64,000 nucleotides of DNA. Source: Oopsacas minuta (lineage: Eukaryota > Animalia > Porifera). The notes below the pieces were generated by a model. That model was not told the origin of the DNA. It worked only from the letters and a program-made list of their open reading frames with translations, and did no database searches. A program made the translations under genes and the position numbers. Shown here piece after piece: positions 58,182 to 64,000 of the stretch; the first letter of the stretch is position 1; the number at the start of each line of letters is the position of its first letter. The stretch covers positions 248,001-312,000 of the forward strand of contig JAKMXF010000088.1 of NCBI GenBank assembly GCA_024704765.1, given 5' to 3'.

Positions 58182-60497
58182 TTACACATCCAATTGTGGG
58201 TTCTCATAGAAATTCCCAGTACAATTTGCATCATCTAACTCCCCATACACGATAGTAGGGAAAGCAGGTTGTTCTTCATTCCGTACCAATGTATTACCAG
58301 TAGACACGTATTCGTAGAATGGATTTAGACTCTCCACTTTGTCATCTCTACCTTTACCTGGTATTTTGTGTGGATTAGGTATATCATCATCCATGGGAGA
58401 CATTTCAACGTATGTAGCTTCATTGAGTTTGTTTGTATAGGGCAATTGTTGTGAAGTAGATGTGTAATGATGTACAACTTCTCCAGGACAATTATTCGAA
58501 CTAGTAACATCTGCAGATTTTTTCTGTTTAAAACAGATGCATAAAATCAAACAGATTATCGATTGGATTACCAACAACAAAATGAGTACAATTATGATAC
58601 AAATAGTAGCGATTGATGTGCTCGGGTTTGATAAAATGGAATCAAACATTTCAAGTGGAAACTCAGTAGTTTGAACATTCACTGACTGGCAATGATGGAA
58701 ATCAGGAGCTGTAAAATTGAATCCTTCGTAACATGAGCAGAAATAGTTACCTATAGTGTTGTAACATATCTGGTCGCAACCTGCATTCGCCACACTACAC
58801 TCGTCAATGTCAATACAACTAATATTGCTAATCTGTGAAAACCCAGGCCAGCAATAGCAGTTGTAGCTGCCAATGTTATTTTCACAATACCCATTGCATG
58901 TTATTCCAGGCTCCTCACATTCGTTGACGTCACTACAATGTGTAAAATTCTCTAATGCATATCCGGGGATGCAAGAACAGGAATAAGAGCCTATCGAGTT
59001 CTCACAATTCTGTTCACATTCTCCATTATCTTGCTGACATTCATTAATATCAACGCATTGTGAGAAATCTACCCAATCAAACCCGGAGTAGCAAGAGCAT
59101 TCGTAAGAGCCTATCGAGTTCTCACAATTCTGTTGACAGCCTCCATTGTCTATCTCGCATTCATTAATGTCGATGCATTTCGTACAAGTTTCTGACATTT
59201 GCAGGCCTAAATTACATCCACATCCAGACAGATCATCTGTTATGCTTACAGTAGAATTCTGACAGTGTTGCTCTACTACACATTCCCCTGTTGCTATCAT
59301 TCTGTGATCTTCTGGACAGCAACAGAATTGTGATAGATAACTGTTCTGACAAACTTGATTGTATGGACACACTATTGAATTGTTGAAACACTCAAACTCT
59401 ACCAAAGGACTACAACTACTGTATGTTACGGGTAAACTAGCATTATTACCATTCAATCCAGCAGGAGACGAACAAATAGCATCTTGTATTACTATCCCAT
59501 ACATAGATACGAAAGAGAGCCATTGTAGTTCGCAGTCACATGTAAAAGGATTATTGGTTAGTTCTAAGTACGTGAGGCTATTTAATTGTTGGAATGGAAA
59601 TGGATTCAATGTTGTATAGCCATTATTTCTCAAGAACAGAATTCTCAACATGTTTAACGTTCTTAAAACGTTCACTGGAAAGTATTGGTTCTCATCTACA
59701 ATCAAAAGCGTAAGATTATCCAGTCCATAGAATGAATCCGGAGAAGCAGTTGTAATAGTATTATTAGCTAAAATTAGATTATCCAAGTTGGTTAAGTTCC
59801 CAAAGACGCGAGCAGGCAAATGTTGAATTTGGTTATCTTCTAAATTTAATGATGTTAACTCACTCATTCCGTTGAAAGCTTCTTGTTCGATGGATATTAT
59901 TCCTGAATTCGTCAACCACAAACGGCTCATAGAACTGAATGCTTCTGTAAAAGACTCATTCAATGCGAATTCTTGTCCAATATCAATCGATATCGATAGA
60001 GATATTAATTTATTACTGAAAGATGGCAAGGAGTTGAAGATTAGCTTCACTTTGCTAGTAACAGTAGTGACATTAGGAAAAAACTCGAAAAAGTTTGGTT
60101 GAAGTAGGATAAAATCATCATCCAAAAACCATATATAATTTACTGAAGGGTGGGATTTGACTGAGCTAACCTGGAAAATGTTACCAGGAAAAGCAAAAAT
60201 GAATAGTATCCTTGTAATGTATGGGCCAATGTCTAACTCTACCGTCAGAGGAACATCGAAAGAAGCGTATTTGTAAATCTGGAGTACTGTTTTATGACTG
60301 TATTCCTCGCTTGTACAATTTCTAATTACATTTCTTATTAATTCTGTATTCTCTCCCTCGAATATATCACACCACCAATAGTCAGTGGGTGTGCTTGAAA
60401 GATCTCCGCAAGATATGATGGGGGTTGAATACGAACAAGTCTCAAGCCTGCAAACCGTAAAGAACCCCAGAAGAACTACTAGATGAAACAAATTCAT
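58182..60497 (-). CDS. Type I membrane receptor: signal peptide, LRRs, LRRCT, EGF array (4 clear cbEGF), TM, Tyr-rich tail without TIR
   Basis: 771 aa; LTSLNLEDNQI, LDNLILANNTI, NPFTCDCELQWL; DINEC/DVNEC/DIDEC repeats; TM IATICIIIVLILLLVIQSIICLILCICF. Confidence 0.9.
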   Translation of the reverse strand: MNLFHLVVLLGFFTVCRLETCSYSTPIISCGDLSSTPTDYWWCDIFEGENTELIRNVIRNCTSEEYSHKTVLQIYKYASFDVPLTVELDIGPYITRILFIFAFPGNIFQVSSVKSHPSVNYIWFLDDDFILLQPNFFEFFPNVTTVTSKVKLIFNSLPSFSNKLISLSISIDIGQEFALNESFTEAFSSMSRLWLTNSGIISIEQEAFNGMSELTSLNLEDNQIQHLPARVFGNLTNLDNLILANNTITTASPDSFYGLDNLTLLIVDENQYFPVNVLRTLNMLRILFLRNNGYTTLNPFPFQQLNSLTYLELTNNPFTCDCELQWLSFVSMYGIVIQDAICSSPAGLNGNNASLPVTYSSCSPLVEFECFNNSIVCPYNQVCQNSYLSQFCCCPEDHRMIATGECVVEQHCQNSTVSITDDLSGCGCNLGLQMSETCTKCIDINECEIDNGGCQQNCENSIGSYECSCYSGFDWVDFSQCVDINECQQDNGECEQNCENSIGSYSCSCIPGYALENFTHCSDVNECEEPGITCNGYCENNIGSYNCYCWPGFSQISNISCIDIDECSVANAGCDQICYNTIGNYFCSCYEGFNFTAPDFHHCQSVNVQTTEFPLEMFDSILSNPSTSIATICIIIVLILLLVIQSIICLILCICFKQKKSADVTSSNNCPGEVVHHYTSTSQQLPYTNKLNEATYVEMSPMDDDIPNPHKIPGKGRDDKVESLNPFYEYVSTGNTLVRNEEQPAFPTIVYGELDDANCTGNFYENPQLDV

Positions 60498-60727
60498 TGC
60501 AAATTGATTAACTCAATAGACTTTCAATGTAGAAGATACTCAGAAGAATTCAGGGAAAGATCATGAGTTATTGGATAATTTTGAACTTAAGCTTGTATAT
60601 ACTATCATACACAGGCTCATATTTCAGTAGGTGTGTGTCACTATACTTCTATAGAACACATTATCTGCTTATTATACACATCTGGGACTTATTCACTAAC
60701 AGAACTTAATCCGGTCTTGCTTATAAC

Positions 60728-62318
60728 CAGGGGTGTAGTGCTCGAATATCTAGTGGGGGAGTGCATATAAAAGAATGTATTATGCAAAAATTGGTAAAAC
60801 AAGGCTATTTTTATCTACGAAACATGTTGTAATCAGGGACGTCACAACAGGGGAGGCATAGGCGGGCAATGCCCACCTGGTAAATTCGTGCCCTGGGCAT
60901 GCCACCGGACCCCTTGGCTTAAATTACAAACTGGAAAATTTCGGCTCTCTTCGCTCGCATCAAACCCTCAATATTATTTAATCTAACCCATAAATAAGGG
61001 ATATAGCTTGTATTGATCTACTGAACTAGTTAATATTTTCTAGTGTTTATACCCTGAGTAAATGCGGTGTTTTCCCCAGAGCCGTTTTGGCGTACTGGGT
61101 CGGCATCCCCTCAGATGTTAAAAATATATAGGCACCAATACTGGGCCACTATACTAAAGTATAGTCGGCACAGTTAAAAGTAGAATTGACCATGCAAGTT
61201 ATAATATCAAGGATTATCGTACGATTTTTCCGGTCGATGCCTCTATTGATATAATAATTATTGATAACTTCTCGTTGTTTTTATCCCAAATATAGAACTG
61301 AGAAATTGTTTCAAAATTCAAACCTACGTAGCAGTACAAAGTTAATTAATGTAGTAGCTATTATAGCTTATTGTCTAAGGGCTACGCCCCGTCACGACTA
61401 GAAGACCTACAGCACCCCAGACCCTCAACTGCAGTAGCGTCGTGCATATGTGACTGGGGGCCCACCAAATATTCTCCGAGCTACACATCATTACTCGACC
61501 AGAAAAACAACTTTCTGGGGCAATTGCAGACTATCAGTGCGGGTTTTAGGTTTGTGGGGGGCCCTGAATCCAATTCAAAGCAGTCACGGTTCGCGGACCT
61601 GTCCCCATTCCTCTACTTAGAATGCTTGTGTATATTGTATTACAATATGGAATATATTTAATTCAACCCTATAAGTAGTACCGCCCTAGCTGAAGGCCTA
61701 TTTCGCCCAGTGGTAGCATGGCAGGACTTCTCATGACCTCTAATTATTTAGTTGCTAAAATATATAACTATCATTACTCTATAAGATCAGCGTGATTTTC
61801 TGGACGCAAAATCATAAATAAGGTCAGAAAAGTCAATAGGACGCATTATTTCGCATTCAATACTCATCAGAGACAACCAGACGAGTCTATACTGACTAAT
61901 GACGTTGAGTTGTGGGGCCAGTTTGGTTGCGCACTCCTAAATCCGGTACTGCAGACCATACATTATTTCTTTCAATTGTTTGGCTTTTGGACCTTACTTA
62001 TTGTTTACAGCGCCCATAGGCTTTGAAATCTAGGTTGCACAAATTCAGTCTGGTAGGAAACATCTAGAAATTGTTGACAACCAGATTGAATTTGTGCCCC
62101 CCATATATCAAAGCCACACGACGCAATAATGTTGTCCTTCTTCGGTGCAGATGTTACCCCATTAAGCGGAGTTGACTAGAGTACGAAAGAAGGGCAACTC
62201 CGGAAAACTTAATATACCTTTATCATAATACAATGCCAATAATAGTTAAAGTGATGGAGCGCCTCTCCCCCTTGAATATATAGTGGGGGAGCGCGGCTCC
62301 CCCTACACTACACCCCTG
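60728..62318 (-). mobile_element. Internally deleted hAT element with transposase remnants
   Basis: Perfect 13-bp TIR caggggtgtagtg/cactacacccctg and perfect 8-bp TSD cttataac (60720-60727, 62319-62326). Minus-strand remnants: HKFNLVVNN (about 62068-62100) and the hAT C-terminal motif RLVWLSLMSIECE..IDFSDLIYDFASRKSR* (about 61787-61900). Confidence 0.85.
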
Positions 62319-62417
62319 CTTATAACCCTCACCTTAGGTCTGGATTGTATCATAAGCTCATGTACAGATAAGCCTTGTGCTCAGCTTGCACTCACAGTGA
62401 TGAACGTTCCTCTAGAA

Positions 62418-62538
62418 CAGCGGTTCCCACCCTTTTTCACCCGTGGACCCTCCCATATACTGCAATAGATCCTGTGCACCCCCTGCTGTCGTTCGTGGAC
62501 TACCAAATGGTCCATGGACCCCGGGTTGGGAACCGCTG
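62418..62538. mobile_element. Charlie-like hAT MITE
   Basis: TIR cagcggttccca/tgggaaccgctg; a related element lies at about 4590-4715; TSD poorly conserved. Confidence 0.6.
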
Positions 62539-63119
62539 CTCTTCTAAGCTGCTGAATATTCAGCTTAGAAACACAGGTTCTACCACAATTTTGGAATTTG
62601 TTTACTTTATATTAATAAAAACAACAATAAATTTACATATGATAAACTTGAGAAATCGGATTCAGCATACTTAGTTACCCCTGGGTAGTCGTTTGGAGCA
62701 AGCCTGTACGTATATTTTGAGATTTGGATAATTTGTTTACTTTATATTCATAAAAAAAACAATAATTTACATATGATTAATGATGAGCTTGCATTTGGCC
62801 AAGATCCTGACGTCAGAACATTTGGCCCATTGAGGGGCACCTGTGATTCAATTTTCAAACTTCTATCATGTATACTGACTGAGCAATGGTTAATACTGTG
62901 ATTTTCGAAATCCCAAAAGGTGACAATCGTCATAGGTGTGAATTTTGTCCAAGACTCGACTTGTCCGAGCCCTGCCAGAATACCCCTGCATGCTAAAAAT
63001 CGGCTGGGGCCAATTTGTGATTACACTTCCGGATTGCCCACACCTGACGATATTATCCAAATAGGAATTATGTTAAATGAATCGGCACTATTTTTTCTTA
63101 GTATAGTGTATTGTCATCT

Positions 63120-63929
63120 ATGGGGTGTTGTCCATCTAACTCATTCAATCAACCTCTTCCCATTCCCCCTCTCCAAACAAATTCTAACACCTCAGCTCAG
63201 TTCCATCCTTCTAATTCCATCTCCTGCTCGCCTGACAATCCCCCTCCTTATTCCGTACAACCATTATCAGGGCACAAATCGATATCATTACCTCAATCTA
63301 ACGGTATGATACCATTAAGAGGATGGGGTGAGCGACCAGTGGATAGTGCATGGCCTGCTACTAGTCATCCTAATGAAGTAGGTAGGGAACAACAGTTACA
63401 AACACAGGTTCAATTTCTCCAGCAATTCATCAACATACTACAACAGGAATCAACTGATCGTGTAAATCCACTAGGAGCTATTGAAGCAGTAGAATCTATA
63501 GGAGACATTGACGAGTTAGATCAGTTACCTCCGCTAAACCAGTTTCTTAATACAAATACGTCACAACAAATACACAGTCATAATAATGTCCTGCTTCCCC
63601 CTGCACTCCCTGATTCCCCTATCCTCCCATCTTTCCCTGCTCCAGTTACTTCTCTAACTCATACTGATTTGACACCTGTCAGACTTCCTCCTATAGACAC
63701 GCATGATTTGGATCTTGTCCCTGAGAGCACACATGATCAAGAAGAATCTCACTCTCTAAGACCTCCTTCTAGAAAGAAGAGAAAAAAGAAGAGACGTAGA
63801 CGTGCTACTGTCGCTCCTCTCCCTCACTCCCCAGAATATCCAATACTCACTCTACAGAGACCTTTCACTTCTCCCAACCTCAGGGCTACGCTAGCTAGTC
63901 CTCTTGGCTCTGATCAAACATTTTTCTAA
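63120..63929 (+). CDS. Low-complexity Pro-rich protein with MGCC start, PPPY motif and polybasic tract
   Basis: Open frame of 269 codons from ATG 63120 (MGCCPS), NPPPYS, RKKRKKKRRRR. An acceptor-like ttttttcttAG at 63101 means this could be a last exon instead. Confidence 0.6.
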   Translation: MGCCPSNSFNQPLPIPPLQTNSNTSAQFHPSNSISCSPDNPPPYSVQPLSGHKSISLPQSNGMIPLRGWGERPVDSAWPATSHPNEVGREQQLQTQVQFLQQFINILQQESTDRVNPLGAIEAVESIGDIDELDQLPPLNQFLNTNTSQQIHSHNNVLLPPALPDSPILPSFPAPVTSLTHTDLTPVRLPPIDTHDLDLVPESTHDQEESHSLRPPSRKKRKKKRRRRATVAPLPHSPEYPILTLQRPFTSPNLRATLASPLGSDQTFF

Positions 63930-64000
63930 TCATGATGTCACTTTTTGTAACATTCCTTCTGTTCGAAAATGTTTATTTATTTATTATATTTCGAATTTTT

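Noticed and set aside
62283-63309. Overlapping short ORFs before the last gene
   Set aside because: They run through hAT ends, a MITE and the dispersed repeat, or overlap the better frame at 63120.

Overview
AT-rich, intron-poor eukaryotic DNA, most likely an early-branching animal. The gene families and compact, mostly single-exon genes suggest a sponge such as a hexactinellid; this is an inference. The window reads as an innate-immunity/sensory neighbourhood. It holds two NHL-repeat proteins and three TIR-less LRR-(EGF)-TM receptors, one of them a 5'-truncated duplicate. It also holds a spliced C-type lectin/Ig/FN3 receptor with a 1-nt frameshift, a ~3,500-aa ankyrin-repeat TRP-type channel, two paralogous orphan 7TM proteins, a RhoGAP, two DUSP-domain proteins lacking a protease domain, and two orphan ORFs. 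The standout is a single-ORF 1,936-aa protein with the order pseudo-caspase, pseudo-caspase, Roc GTPase, COR, death-fold-like segment, catalytically intact caspase. Intergenic DNA is full of DNA-transposon debris: a defective DD34D mariner, several hAT elements/MITEs with 8-bp target duplications, TA-flanked MITEs, a foldback element and microsatellites. No rRNA, tRNA or CRISPR array was recognised. All identities and counts are by-eye estimates; no searches were run.
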